This document shows positions 8,780-17,829 of a DNA stretch of 64,000 nucleotides, piece by piece (within the stretch, counting starts at the first letter, position 1; the number at the start of each line of letters is the position of its first letter). The stretch comes from Endomicrobiales bacterium. Lineage in GTDB: Bacteria; Elusimicrobiota; Endomicrobiia; Endomicrobiales; JALOBY01. The stretch covers positions 32,001 to 96,000 of the forward strand of contig CAWCNJ010000011.1 in assembly GCA_963796955.1 (NCBI GenBank). The letters are read 5' to 3'. A program made the position numbers and the translations under genes. The notes beneath the pieces were generated by a model. That model ran no database searches. It had not been told where the DNA came from and saw only the letters and a program-made list of their open reading frames with translations.

Positions 8780-9143
8780 AGCAGCCTCCACTTGAAACGG
8801 CACATAATGACTTTTTCCTCTGTGCAAGCCGCATTTTCAGTCTTCTACGATCTTCAGCCAGCGCGGCATTTCCCATTGCGGCAAGAGAAGCCTCTACCAC
8901 TTTGGCCATCGCGTTGTTTTCAGCCGTAAGGGTATAGAACACAAAACGCCCAAGGCGCTGTTCCCGCACAAGTCCCGCGTGGCGCAGTTCCTTCATATTT
9001 CGCGAAACAGCGTATTGCGGGATTTTCAGCGCATCCACGATCTCGCAAATACAAAGCGATGAACCCGCACGGCGCAACACAGCCAAAATACGCAGCCGCG
9101 TTTTATCCGACAAAGATTTAAGAACAGTTACAATACCGTCCAT
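8772..9143 (-). CDS. arsR: ArsR/SmtB-family transcriptional repressor
   Basis: LKSLSDKTRLRIL...LCICEI...QYAVSRNMKELRHAGLV...R.GRFVFY; C-terminal C..SSGGCC; ATG 9143 with GGAGG RBS. Confidence 0.9.
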   Translation of the reverse strand: MDGIVTVLKSLSDKTRLRILAVLRRAGSSLCICEIVDALKIPQYAVSRNMKELRHAGLVREQRLGRFVFYTLTAENNAMAKVVEASLAAMGNAALAEDRRRLKMRLAQRKKSLCAVSSGGCCE

Positions 9144-9161
9144 CTTGAAGCCTCCATGCAA

Positions 9162-9208
9162 ATATGTGCCTATGTGCATATGTTATCAAATACACATGCA
9201 CATGTCAA
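9162..9208 (-). promoter_or_regulatory. arsR-hgcAB-arsM promoter with overlapping inverted-repeat operator
   Basis: Minus strand TTGACA (9208-9203)-17nt-TAACAT (9185-9180); inverted repeat ATGTGCATATG (9172-9182)/CACATGCACAT (9193-9203); ATATG-N10-CATAT at 9162-9181. Confidence 0.65.
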
Positions 9209-9255
9209 TTTGCACCAGTGTGTTCACTCAATTTTTGTCGGCAAGAAAGGTACTT

Positions 9256-9675
9256 TCAGAATGGAAAGTTTGCGGCTTTTAACACGCTCAATATTGTGGA
9301 TCTAACTTTTGAGGCGATCTCGATCGCGTTCGTAGCTTCTGACAAATTAACATCTTCATCTTCACCGGGATAACGCGTTGACACCGCAAATGGCGTGAGT
9401 TCTTCCGCAGATTCCAGGGTTTCTGACCAACTTCCCAGAGGAGCGCAAAGTTCCAAAAGAAAGCCAATATTATGGGTGTAAGGAAATTCAATACCTTTAT
9501 AAACAAGATAGGCTTTTAAGTATTTTTCCGCACACTGTTGCGCGTGGTAGGCAACAAGCCTGTGAGGACAATTTTCGAGCAACTTCAGTCCACATTCAGC
9601 AAGGCGCATATCTTCGTCGCCATAAACCAACCACTGTTTGACCTTCCTGATTATATCCTTTTCAGTGCCGCTCAT
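9256..9675 (-). CDS. HEPN domain protein (toxin-like partner of MNT)
   Basis: YHAQQCAEKYLKA, YTHNI, TRYP motifs typical of MNT-associated HEPN proteins; ATG 9675 overlaps the MNT gene end. Confidence 0.85.
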   Translation of the reverse strand: MSGTEKDIIRKVKQWLVYGDEDMRLAECGLKLLENCPHRLVAYHAQQCAEKYLKAYLVYKGIEFPYTHNIGFLLELCAPLGSWSETLESAEELTPFAVSTRYPGEDEDVNLSEATNAIEIASKVRSTILSVLKAANFPF

Positions 9676-9979
9676 ATAATATCTTCCCTTCTTTAAATGC
9701 CGGCTGGGCGATAGTGCCGGGTATATCTCGATCCCGCTCAAACTCCTCCGGCCTTAATACTATAATATCACGTGCAAAACCCAGACCTTTCAGCGCTCTG
9801 TCCATTGACACAGTTAAAGTCCTGCGCTTTCCGGTAAAATTACATATTACCAGTAAATCGACATCACTACGTGAATCGGCAGTCCCCCTTGCCTGAGAGC
9901 CGAACAAAACGATCCTCTGAGGGTGAAAATTCGAAACAAGCCTTTCAGTTGCTTCTTTAAGCATCTCTTTGTTTACCAT
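9662..9979 (-). CDS. Minimal nucleotidyltransferase (MNT) antitoxin
   Basis: IVLFGSQARGTADSRSDVDLLVI (GSx10DxD); extended -10 TGCTATAAT upstream at about 10010-10018. Confidence 0.9.
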   Translation of the reverse strand: MVNKEMLKEATERLVSNFHPQRIVLFGSQARGTADSRSDVDLLVICNFTGKRRTLTVSMDRALKGLGFARDIIVLRPEEFERDRDIPGTIAQPAFKEGKILYERH

Positions 9980-10023
9980 AACGATTCCTTTCCCTTGCTT
10001 ACTAACTCAATTATAGCAAATAA

Positions 10024-10629
10024 TTACCCTATGCGGGCGCCGTAGGAGTGGATTATGGTGATGGCCTGCGAGACGTCCAGGCGGACTTCGTTCAGGTCTA
10101 TGCCGCGGAAATCTACACCGTCTACACGGGCGCCCCTCAGGTCGGCTTTGTGGAGGCGGGCTTTTGAGAGGATCGCGCGGGTAAGGTCAGCGCCGCTCAG
10201 GTCGGCTTTTTGCAGGTCGGCGCCGTAAAGGTCGGCTTCGCGCAGCAAAACGTTACGCAGGTCAAAACCTTCAAGTTTTGCGTGGCGCAGGTTCACGTAA
10301 GACCAGTCGCCTTCAATAATGCTGATACCGCTCAGATCGGCATCCGTGAACTGCGAACCCGTCATTTTACAGAGTTTGAATTTCGCGGAGAACAGGCTTG
10401 CTTTGGCGAATTTACAGTTGGTGAAGGCGCTATGGTCGTGCTCGGAAGCGTTGAGAAAGGCGTTTGAAAGGTTGCAGTCGGAGAATACGCAACCGCGTGT
10501 GCGGGTTTCTTTAAGGTTTACGCGGCGCATATCGCAAGAGATAAAGCGGCAGTTAACGATATTTGTGCCGGACAGGTCGTTGTCCGCGAGTGTTTGCCGA
10601 TCAAAAACCTGCCCTTCCTGAAATTCCAT
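10024..10629 (-). CDS. Pentapeptide repeat protein
   Basis: Continuous A(D/N)Lxx-type pentapeptide repeats. Confidence 0.9.
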   Translation of the reverse strand: MEFQEGQVFDRQTLADNDLSGTNIVNCRFISCDMRRVNLKETRTRGCVFSDCNLSNAFLNASEHDHSAFTNCKFAKASLFSAKFKLCKMTGSQFTDADLSGISIIEGDWSYVNLRHAKLEGFDLRNVLLREADLYGADLQKADLSGADLTRAILSKARLHKADLRGARVDGVDFRGIDLNEVRLDVSQAITIIHSYGARIG

Positions 10630-10632
10630 TCT

Positions 10633-13600
10633 TTAGATGTAAATTTCTACCACATTGTCCGGGCGGTTCAACAGGGCGTCAAAAGCCTTGCCGCTTATCA
10701 GCGCGCCACCGGAACGGTAGGGGTTCGCGGCGTAACGAAGATCTTTTATCTCTTTGCCGTTAACAACGATACGGTTCGGTGAGTAGGTGTTCTTGGCAAT
10801 GTGATATTTATACGTTACTTTTTTACCGTTCTCTTTTATAGCGAACGTCAGGCCGTCAAGCTTCTTCGGCAGCACCGGGTCTATAAGGATATCATTGAAC
10901 ATCCGCCGTATACCCAGGAAGTTCGTCATAAGCTGATTGATGTAAATGCCGGGGCCGCTGGAATACACACGCCACCCGCCCTTTATGCCCACCTTCAATT
11001 TTTTTATGTCGTCAAAATGCTTCACCGCCTGATAACGGTCGGCGAAATTAGCGTCAGAGCTGGAAAAATATGAGTTGTTCTGCCGCGGCATGGAGGTCTT
11101 GAAGACTTCTTTAAGCGCTATCGGGCATATGGTCAAAAGACCCTTATAGGCGTCCTCGGCCTGGCCGATCATGCACATTGCTTCAATGTAGCGGATATGG
11201 GCGTGCACATACTGCATGCCTATTTCCCTGCCAAAATTCGAAGCGCTTTCGGCGCGTTTAAAGTAAACTTCGACACCACCCTTGTAGGGTATCGGGCGGT
11301 TAACCAGGCGCACGCCGTCCGGGAATAAAAGTTGATCTTTTACGATCTTGTAATGTTCCTCGGCCTGCTGCGGCGTGAACATGGAGCTCGTCATGCCTCT
11401 GGTCATGGGCAGCAGGCGGTACTTAACGCCTGTTTTGCTGTCCCTGGGGTGCAGCATATACTGCGGCGTGGAACCTTTAAAGAAAACAAGACCTGCCACA
11501 ACTTTATCTTTAATAAGTAATTTGTTGAAATCAGCTTTCATGTTCTCACAGAAAGTTTTTATGCCGTCGGCGGCCTTGGCATCGCCGTTAAGCCGGGTAA
11601 CTTTCTCAAAACGCGTCAGCGTCTGGAAGGCCAGTTCCACCGTCCAGGAACTTACCATATGCTCGCGCATTTCGGGGTCTGCCGGCTGCAGGGTGTCTTC
11701 CCAATCGCCGTGCCCGTAATGGTACAGGGATGTTCCCTGCACGCAGCCGGCTTTTATGGCGGCTATCTCTCTGGCCACATGCTGTGCTATGGTCTCTTTC
11801 TTTTCCAGCGGGGCGCAGGTGGTATCGTCAATATAACCGACCTCTTCCTTAAGGATAGAAAAATCGTTGGTAGACTCTATGTATTCGCACAGGGCTTTCA
11901 ACGGCCATACAATAATGTCGCCGTGGCTGTCGGTGGAGCGGATCTTGCCGTAACGGTCGAACATGAACCACTGCGGCCAGTCTCCGGACTTCAGGAACTG
12001 GTTGGCGAAGACCATTTTTACGGTCTCGCGCTGCTGCTTGTAATTGCGCGTAGCGCACAAAAATTCAGTGGGTCCCTGGCAAACGTCACGCAGGCCCCAT
12101 GCGGCGCCGCTGTATTGCTCCAGCCCGTGGGGGCTGGTAAAATGTATCATGGCGTTGTGAATGTACCAGGGCAGGATATCGTTGAGCTTAGAGATGCCTT
12201 CTTCTTTATGTTTAAGCTCGGCGCCGTTGCTTAACGACGTCCAGAAAGCGGCGGCCTCTTTTTTCGCGTCATCGTATTTTTCTATCGAGCGGTTGAATTT
12301 ATCGGCCAGGGCCGCGGCAGCCGAACCCTTAAGCACATTACCGGTTATCGCAAGAGAGAATTTAGCGACGGGGTTCGTGCGTATAACGGCAAACGGCCCT
12401 TTGCGGAACTTGCTGTCGGAATACAACAGTTCATCCCCGCCGATCTCGGCGATGTCCTTTTTATCTTTCGTGACAATGAAGAAGCGGGCTTCGGGATAAT
12501 ACTCGTTCAGCAGGCCGCCGTTCGTGGGCACCAGCTCTATTCTGCCCTGTTCAGCGTCGGCTACCACGCGGCCGGCATGGTCCAGGTCGTTATTGCCCAG
12601 CACCAGGCTGTTCGTGATCAAAAATTCGTGCGCCCCGGAGGCTTCTATCTCTAAGAAGCAGGCGGGATCGTTTATTGAAGCCCAGGCTTTCACGACGATA
12701 TTCTCGCCGTTCTCGCCCTGATATATCCAGCGCGCGTTGTTTACGCCCATTTCAAAAAGCGAAGGTACGCCGAGCAATTCCCAGCCGCGGGCCGTTTTTA
12801 TAAAAATACGCTGACCGCTGGAACGGTGCAGGTTCAGATTACTGCGCGAAAAGGAAAGCGCCTTATTGAAATTGGTATTGCCGATAACGACATGGGAATT
12901 GAAAGCGCCGTACATCCAGGCGGTGGTGGCAAGCGTATCGTCGCTGGGCATAATACTTTTGCCGGAACGCATAATGTGGCCGTGCGGCCGTTCCGATACC
13001 AGCTCTTTGGCGCGCAGCACCACATGCGTATCGCGGCCGCAGAAGAACGAAAGGCCTTTTTCCTCGTGACGGCGCTCGGAACCCACATATTTTGTGACTT
13101 CCGCAGGGGTAAGATCCCTGCTGTTGAAAAGGCGTGATGTGTCAAAAAGAGAGGCCGAGCCGAAGGCCGCGGGCGGCATTATCGACAGCCGGTCGCTTAA
13201 GTTCGCCCAGGCATCATGGGTCCTGGTAAGGTTTTCCAGATCTTTCGGGCCGTTAGCCGCGGCGTGGTCGTCGCTATAGGAAGCGAAAAACACCTGGCGC
13301 AGCGATTTACCGGGCGCTAAACTTACTTTTGGTGCTTGCAGGGTGGGCATGGCGAATTCATACTGCATGCGCTCATTTGGCAGGTCCGGACGGGTAAGGG
13401 CTGCCGGTATACCGGTGGCTTTATGTTCTAAACCGTAGAACTGAAAGCCGTCGGTCAAATAACCGACCGCCTTTTCAAGACAGCCGTGCATTATCCAGGG
13501 AAATCCCCTATCCTGCTTCTGGCCCTGGCGGCTGTAGATAATATAGCCGTGTTTCGGGTGCTTAAGGGGTTCGTGGTCAATATATTGGCTGGCATACGCT

Positions 13601-14049
13601 TCATTGCTGCGGACCATGCCGAAAGAGCCCAGGCCCAGGTCCTGCGAAAATATAATATCCACACTCTCCGGCGTAGTGCCGATGTTCTTTACATCGACGC
13701 ACCAGAACCATTTGTCTTCGGTCTCGGAAAGGGTAAGCGCGCAGCTATATGAAAGGTTCTTATTTTTCCCCTTCCATAGGGCGAGTTTTTTATTGCAGCA
13801 GAAAGTTGAATGGGAGCGGGGGCCCATGACCGGGAAAGAACAGATAGTTTTACCGTGCACGCGCACGTAGATATTGCTTAAGGCGCTCTCAACGGGGCTG
13901 GCCATCAGCTGGTTGATAAGCACGTTGCCTTTAACTATTGAAAAAACCGAACCGTTCTCCAGAAAGCTGATCTTGAGGTCATTCTTGTTAGACAATACCG
14001 CGGCTGCGATACTGTTTTTATCCACAAAATCAAATGACGCGGTGCCCAT
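10633..14049 (-). CDS. GH94 glycoside phosphorylase, most like 1,2-beta-oligoglucan phosphorylase
   Basis: ~1140 aa; NEAYASQYIDH, PHGLEQYSGAAWGLRDVCQGP, WPQWFMFDRY, GDWEDTLQP, GREIGMQYVHAHIRY, GGWRVYSSGPG; start at ATG 14049 (GGAGG upstream). Confidence 0.8.
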   Translation of the reverse strand: MGTASFDFVDKNSIAAAVLSNKNDLKISFLENGSVFSIVKGNVLINQLMASPVESALSNIYVRVHGKTICSFPVMGPRSHSTFCCNKKLALWKGKNKNLSYSCALTLSETEDKWFWCVDVKNIGTTPESVDIIFSQDLGLGSFGMVRSNEAYASQYIDHEPLKHPKHGYIIYSRQGQKQDRGFPWIMHGCLEKAVGYLTDGFQFYGLEHKATGIPAALTRPDLPNERMQYEFAMPTLQAPKVSLAPGKSLRQVFFASYSDDHAAANGPKDLENLTRTHDAWANLSDRLSIMPPAAFGSASLFDTSRLFNSRDLTPAEVTKYVGSERRHEEKGLSFFCGRDTHVVLRAKELVSERPHGHIMRSGKSIMPSDDTLATTAWMYGAFNSHVVIGNTNFNKALSFSRSNLNLHRSSGQRIFIKTARGWELLGVPSLFEMGVNNARWIYQGENGENIVVKAWASINDPACFLEIEASGAHEFLITNSLVLGNNDLDHAGRVVADAEQGRIELVPTNGGLLNEYYPEARFFIVTKDKKDIAEIGGDELLYSDSKFRKGPFAVIRTNPVAKFSLAITGNVLKGSAAAALADKFNRSIEKYDDAKKEAAAFWTSLSNGAELKHKEEGISKLNDILPWYIHNAMIHFTSPHGLEQYSGAAWGLRDVCQGPTEFLCATRNYKQQRETVKMVFANQFLKSGDWPQWFMFDRYGKIRSTDSHGDIIVWPLKALCEYIESTNDFSILKEEVGYIDDTTCAPLEKKETIAQHVAREIAAIKAGCVQGTSLYHYGHGDWEDTLQPADPEMREHMVSSWTVELAFQTLTRFEKVTRLNGDAKAADGIKTFCENMKADFNKLLIKDKVVAGLVFFKGSTPQYMLHPRDSKTGVKYRLLPMTRGMTSSMFTPQQAEEHYKIVKDQLLFPDGVRLVNRPIPYKGGVEVYFKRAESASNFGREIGMQYVHAHIRYIEAMCMIGQAEDAYKGLLTICPIALKEVFKTSMPRQNNSYFSSSDANFADRYQAVKHFDDIKKLKVGIKGGWRVYSSGPGIYINQLMTNFLGIRRMFNDILIDPVLPKKLDGLTFAIKENGKKVTYKYHIAKNTYSPNRIVVNGKEIKDLRYAANPYRSGGALISGKAFDALLNRPDNVVEIYI

Positions 14050-14102
14050 AGGAAAACTGCCTCCTGAACTCAAAAATTCGGATTATCGGATTTATCCCGC
14101 TT

Positions 14103-14131
14103 ATTGTACTATGTATTGCCTTTGTAGTCAA
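14103..14131 (-). promoter_or_regulatory. sigma70-type promoter for the GH94 gene
   Basis: Minus strand TTGACT-17nt-TACAAT. Confidence 0.6.
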
Positions 14132-14132
14132 A

Positions 14133-15116
14133 TCAGGAGGGGTTGGGGTTGGTGAAATGTTTAAGAAGGCACATGGCGCGTGCTACGCCATATACAAGAT
14201 AGAGTACGCTCAGGCCGAAGGCGTATTGGTAGCCGGAGCCGTTCAGGCTGCGCAGGGCAACGGCTGCCGGCAGGCAGGCCATGGCGAGTAAAGAAACCCA
14301 CAGAGGTACATATAAGCCGTAAAGCACGGCAATTATCAGGCCGGCGGCGAGAGCCGCGAAAGCGCCAACGAAAAAAAACGCGAAAAGCACGACCTTCAGG
14401 TTTTTAAGCGCCCGACCGGACTTAAGGAACAGCCTGAAAACATCGCGCCCGTGCCAGAGCTCTTTTTTAAAAAATGATATCAGCGTCTGCGGCGTTCCCA
14501 GATGGACAACCTCTATCCCGGGATCGGAAAATATGGTGTAGCCGAGCGCCCGGATCCTGAAACAGAGGTCGCTATCTTCATCCGAGGTTATATTTTCGTC
14601 GAAGCCGCCGACTTCGTTGAAGGCCGCGTGCGTAACGAACATATTGCCCGAGGGCAGCCAGGCAACCTCGCCCAATACCGGTTTGTTGGTCACGGAATTG
14701 TTCCAGGCGCGACCCACCCAGGTGGAATCTTCCGGAATGCGGTAGGCGCACCCGGTAACCACACGCCGTAAACCGTCGAAAGCGGCCACACCGCGGTTCA
14801 GCCACTGCGCGGCGACGATGCAATCTGAGTCAAGAAAAGCCAGTATCCTGCCGGCCGCCAGACGCGCGGCCGCGTTCCGTACGGCGCATATCCCCTCGCC
14901 GGGCAAAGAAAATATCTTCAGGGTGAATGCTTCCGCAAAATTCGCGGCAAGCTGAAGGGTGTTGTCCGTTGAGCCGTTATCCATCAAAATAACTTCGAAA
15001 TCTTCCCGCGCACATTCAAGCCGCGCCAGGGCGGCAAAGCATTTTTCTATATATTTTTCGCCGTTCAATACGGGAATTATGATGGAGACTTCAGGTGTTT
15101 TGGCCGGCATATTCAC
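14133..15116 (-). CDS. Glycosyltransferase family 2 with C-terminal TM helices
   Basis: VSIIIPVLN, DNGSTD, FLDSDC, GGFDE...EDSDL. Confidence 0.9.
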   Translation of the reverse strand: MNMPAKTPEVSIIIPVLNGEKYIEKCFAALARLECAREDFEVILMDNGSTDNTLQLAANFAEAFTLKIFSLPGEGICAVRNAAARLAAGRILAFLDSDCIVAAQWLNRGVAAFDGLRRVVTGCAYRIPEDSTWVGRAWNNSVTNKPVLGEVAWLPSGNMFVTHAAFNEVGGFDENITSDEDSDLCFRIRALGYTIFSDPGIEVVHLGTPQTLISFFKKELWHGRDVFRLFLKSGRALKNLKVVLFAFFFVGAFAALAAGLIIAVLYGLYVPLWVSLLAMACLPAAVALRSLNGSGYQYAFGLSVLYLVYGVARAMCLLKHFTNPNPS

Positions 15117-15922
15117 CGTATACCGAAAATGACGCGGTAAATGCTCATGTAAAGATTTTCGCCCATCAGCGAACGCACAAAGCTGCGCACCATCTGCTTG
15201 AACTCCAGCAGCAGAACAAAAAAACCTTCATTCAAAACGATCTGTCTGAATTCCCGGATAGTATAATGGCTGGAGACCAATATCCGCTGCATAAGGAAAC
15301 CGTCGGTCGCCGCGGTATTATAGCCGATATGCGAACTGCAGCCCCCGGTATAGCCCGCCTCTATAGCCAATTTCTTATAATTTTCTCCGTAGCTTCCATT
15401 CGGCAGAGAGACAAAACGGACCTGCGTGGAAAGGTGTTGTTCTATAGCCAGTTTGGAATCTTGTAATTCGCAGGCAACCTGCTCGTCGGAAAGTTGTTTC
15501 AGGAAGGGGTGGGTCTTGGTGTGCGACTGAATGGACATGCCTTCGCGCGCCATCTGCGCGAGCATCTGCCAGGTCATCATGCCCGGCTGGCCTATCCAGT
15601 TAGTGGTTACAAAGAATACCGCGTGAAACCCGTATTGCTTCAACAGAGGGAAAGCGTGGGTAAAGTTGCCTTCATAACCGTCGTCGAAAGAGATGATAAT
15701 GCTCTTTTCGTTGACCCGCCACCGGTCGTGCTCTTTAATGCGCCGTGCCAGGTTGTCCAGCGCTATTGTTTTAAAACCCCGGTCGCTTAAAAATTTCAGC
15801 TGAGCCTCAAAAGCGTCGCTTTTTACGTAATACGTCTCCGCCATAGGGCGAACTCTGCCTTTAAGGGCCGCCTCTTCTTTTGCATCTATGACCTCATGGT
15901 ACATCAAGATCGGAATATTCAT
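15113..15922 (-). CDS. Polysaccharide deacetylase (CE4/NodB)
   Basis: PILMYH, ISFDDGY, QSHTKTHP, LPNG. Confidence 0.9.
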   Translation of the reverse strand: MNIPILMYHEVIDAKEEAALKGRVRPMAETYYVKSDAFEAQLKFLSDRGFKTIALDNLARRIKEHDRWRVNEKSIIISFDDGYEGNFTHAFPLLKQYGFHAVFFVTTNWIGQPGMMTWQMLAQMAREGMSIQSHTKTHPFLKQLSDEQVACELQDSKLAIEQHLSTQVRFVSLPNGSYGENYKKLAIEAGYTGGCSSHIGYNTAATDGFLMQRILVSSHYTIREFRQIVLNEGFFVLLLEFKQMVRSFVRSLMGENLYMSIYRVIFGIR

Positions 15923-16020
15923 TACGCCCTCCGCTTGCTCTTTCCTTCGAGCAATTGTAACTTAATGGAGGGCCGGCCCCAATCGCCGGTTTCAATATTT
16001 AACTAACGTTTTCCCACAAA

Positions 16021-16641
16021 CTAAAAAGCCAATCTGCCTCTGGCGAGGTATACCAGAAATTTTACATATTCGCTCGCGGTTAGCATCAAGCCGTCGCCGC
16101 TGTACCACCAGGAGTCAATGGTGTACCAGCTGTTCTGAACCGGATAAAGGACTATACGGATGCCGGAATCTTTAAAAACTTTCGCGAAAACGTGGTGGGC
16201 ACGCATGGTGTGATACGGTTCGCTTACCACGATCAGGGAATGACAGCCGTGCGCCAGGCAATACGTTTTCGCGAGGGTCGCATCATCAAAGGTACTGCGC
16301 GAACCGAATAGAGGCACCACGTTGTTTTCAGGAACACCGTCGCCAACCGCTATTTTCTTGGCTTCAACAGCCCAGTGGGTAACCGGTTTGCGCCAACCGT
16401 GCTCCATAAGCATACCTGTAAACAGGATGGTGCCTGCATAATTTCCCTTGTACAAGGCAATCGCCTGATCCACTCGTTCCCGTGTACCGCCGCCCAACGC
16501 CAGAATGGCGTCGGCAGGTGCGAGCTTATCTTGATGAATGAGCAACGATGCCGTGGAGTTAAGCCAGAAGGTATGGAACAGCGCAAACTGCAGAATTATT
16601 GCGGCTATTACAATATTCGCTATCAGACCGGATCTTTTCAT
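16021..16641 (-). CDS. YdcF/DUF218 (ElyC/SanA-like) protein
   Basis: ADAILALGGG...R, SRSTFDDA, VVSEPYHTMRA, EYVK. Confidence 0.85.
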   Translation of the reverse strand: MKRSGLIANIVIAAIILQFALFHTFWLNSTASLLIHQDKLAPADAILALGGGTRERVDQAIALYKGNYAGTILFTGMLMEHGWRKPVTHWAVEAKKIAVGDGVPENNVVPLFGSRSTFDDATLAKTYCLAHGCHSLIVVSEPYHTMRAHHVFAKVFKDSGIRIVLYPVQNSWYTIDSWWYSGDGLMLTASEYVKFLVYLARGRLAF

Positions 16642-16653
16642 AGTGCCGCAGGT

Positions 16654-17808
16654 TTACCTTTCTACCCGGGCCCAGGTTACTTTCTGGGTGCCACGCAGGT
16701 ACCTGAAGAAGCCGGCCAGCAGGCAGTAATTCATGGAGACAAAATAATAGACAGCGGCCGGCAGTTTTACTTTACTGCCATTTTTGACCGAAACGTAGCC
16801 GGCGAAGGAAACCATATAAAAAGCGCACTGCGATAGAAATATCAGACGATACGGGCTTTCAGAAATAAGCAGCGTGTTGGAAAGCGCGAGTGTTACCATC
16901 AGAAATGGGGCCGCCCAGCGCAGCACCTTATGCGACCAGTACGCGAAGGAAGAAAAACCTCTGAAGATGTTCAGCATAGGCAGCGTCATGAACAGGGCCT
17001 GATACGAGCCTGCGGAGATCCGCACCCGGCGCACCTGCTCATCCGCCATGCTCAGAGACGTGCACTCCGAGGCCACGGCATTCGTTTCGAATATTACTTT
17101 GTAGCCCCGCTGCAATATACGCATGGGGACAATGAAATCTTCAACGATCGTATTTGAAGGGACTGGCGTGAACAAAGATTTCCTGAAAGCATAGATACCG
17201 CCGTTAGCACCCAGCAGCGAACCCATCCGCCCTTCCATAAGTTTCAAATAACTCTCGTAACGCCAGTACACGCTTTCCAGCTCCGCGCCTTTCACCGAAT
17301 CCGGCGTTAAAAGCACCAGACGTCCGCAGACACAGCCGACTTTGTCGTCAGAAAAGCCTTTCACAAGATTTATCAATGCGTCCGGCTCGTACATGGTGTT
17401 CGCATCCGAAAGCACTATTATTTCGCCAGTTGCCTGCGGTATCACGCGGTTAAGCACGTTCACCTTGCCCGCCCTGTCGGAATAACTTATCAATTTAATA
17501 CCGGTGCCTGTGTGCGCGCGTATGATCTCTTCAGTCCGGTCGCTGGAGCCGTCGGAAGCGATAATTATCTCCAGTTTGCTCCGATCGTATTGCATAGCCC
17601 TAAGGTTGGCTATCTTTTCTTCGATTACTTTTTCTTCGTTATAAGCGCTGACAACGAAGGATACCGCAGGAAGCTCCTTAACCGACAGCTCTGCCTGACG
17701 CCGCCACCCTGCTATAAGCAACAATATAACGGGGTAAAGCAGATACGTATAGACGAGCAACAACATGGATGACCAGAATATTATTTTAAGTATTTCCACA
17801 GACATCAT
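16654..17808 (-). CDS. Glycosyltransferase family 2 (membrane, CESA-like)
   Basis: SAYNEE, SDGSSD, LSDAN, GANGGIYAFR, ED, R.RI..G..Q, SHKVLRW. Confidence 0.9.
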   Translation of the reverse strand: MMSVEILKIIFWSSMLLLVYTYLLYPVILLLIAGWRRQAELSVKELPAVSFVVSAYNEEKVIEEKIANLRAMQYDRSKLEIIIASDGSSDRTEEIIRAHTGTGIKLISYSDRAGKVNVLNRVIPQATGEIIVLSDANTMYEPDALINLVKGFSDDKVGCVCGRLVLLTPDSVKGAELESVYWRYESYLKLMEGRMGSLLGANGGIYAFRKSLFTPVPSNTIVEDFIVPMRILQRGYKVIFETNAVASECTSLSMADEQVRRVRISAGSYQALFMTLPMLNIFRGFSSFAYWSHKVLRWAAPFLMVTLALSNTLLISESPYRLIFLSQCAFYMVSFAGYVSVKNGSKVKLPAAVYYFVSMNYCLLAGFFRYLRGTQKVTWARVER

Positions 17809-17829
17809 CTCCCGATCGCAAATCGCTGC

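Noticed and set aside
7796..8827. Calling the corrinoid protein CdhE/AcsC, or using the longer 8827 start
   Set aside because: It has the HgcA cap-helix motif, C-terminal TMs and adjacent hgcB and lacks the Fe-S/TIM-barrel parts; the 8827 start lies deep in arsR, whereas GTG 8779 has a GGAGG RBS
10024..10629. qnr quinolone-resistance gene
   Set aside because: Only generic pentapeptide repeats are visible; no Qnr-specific features or mobile context
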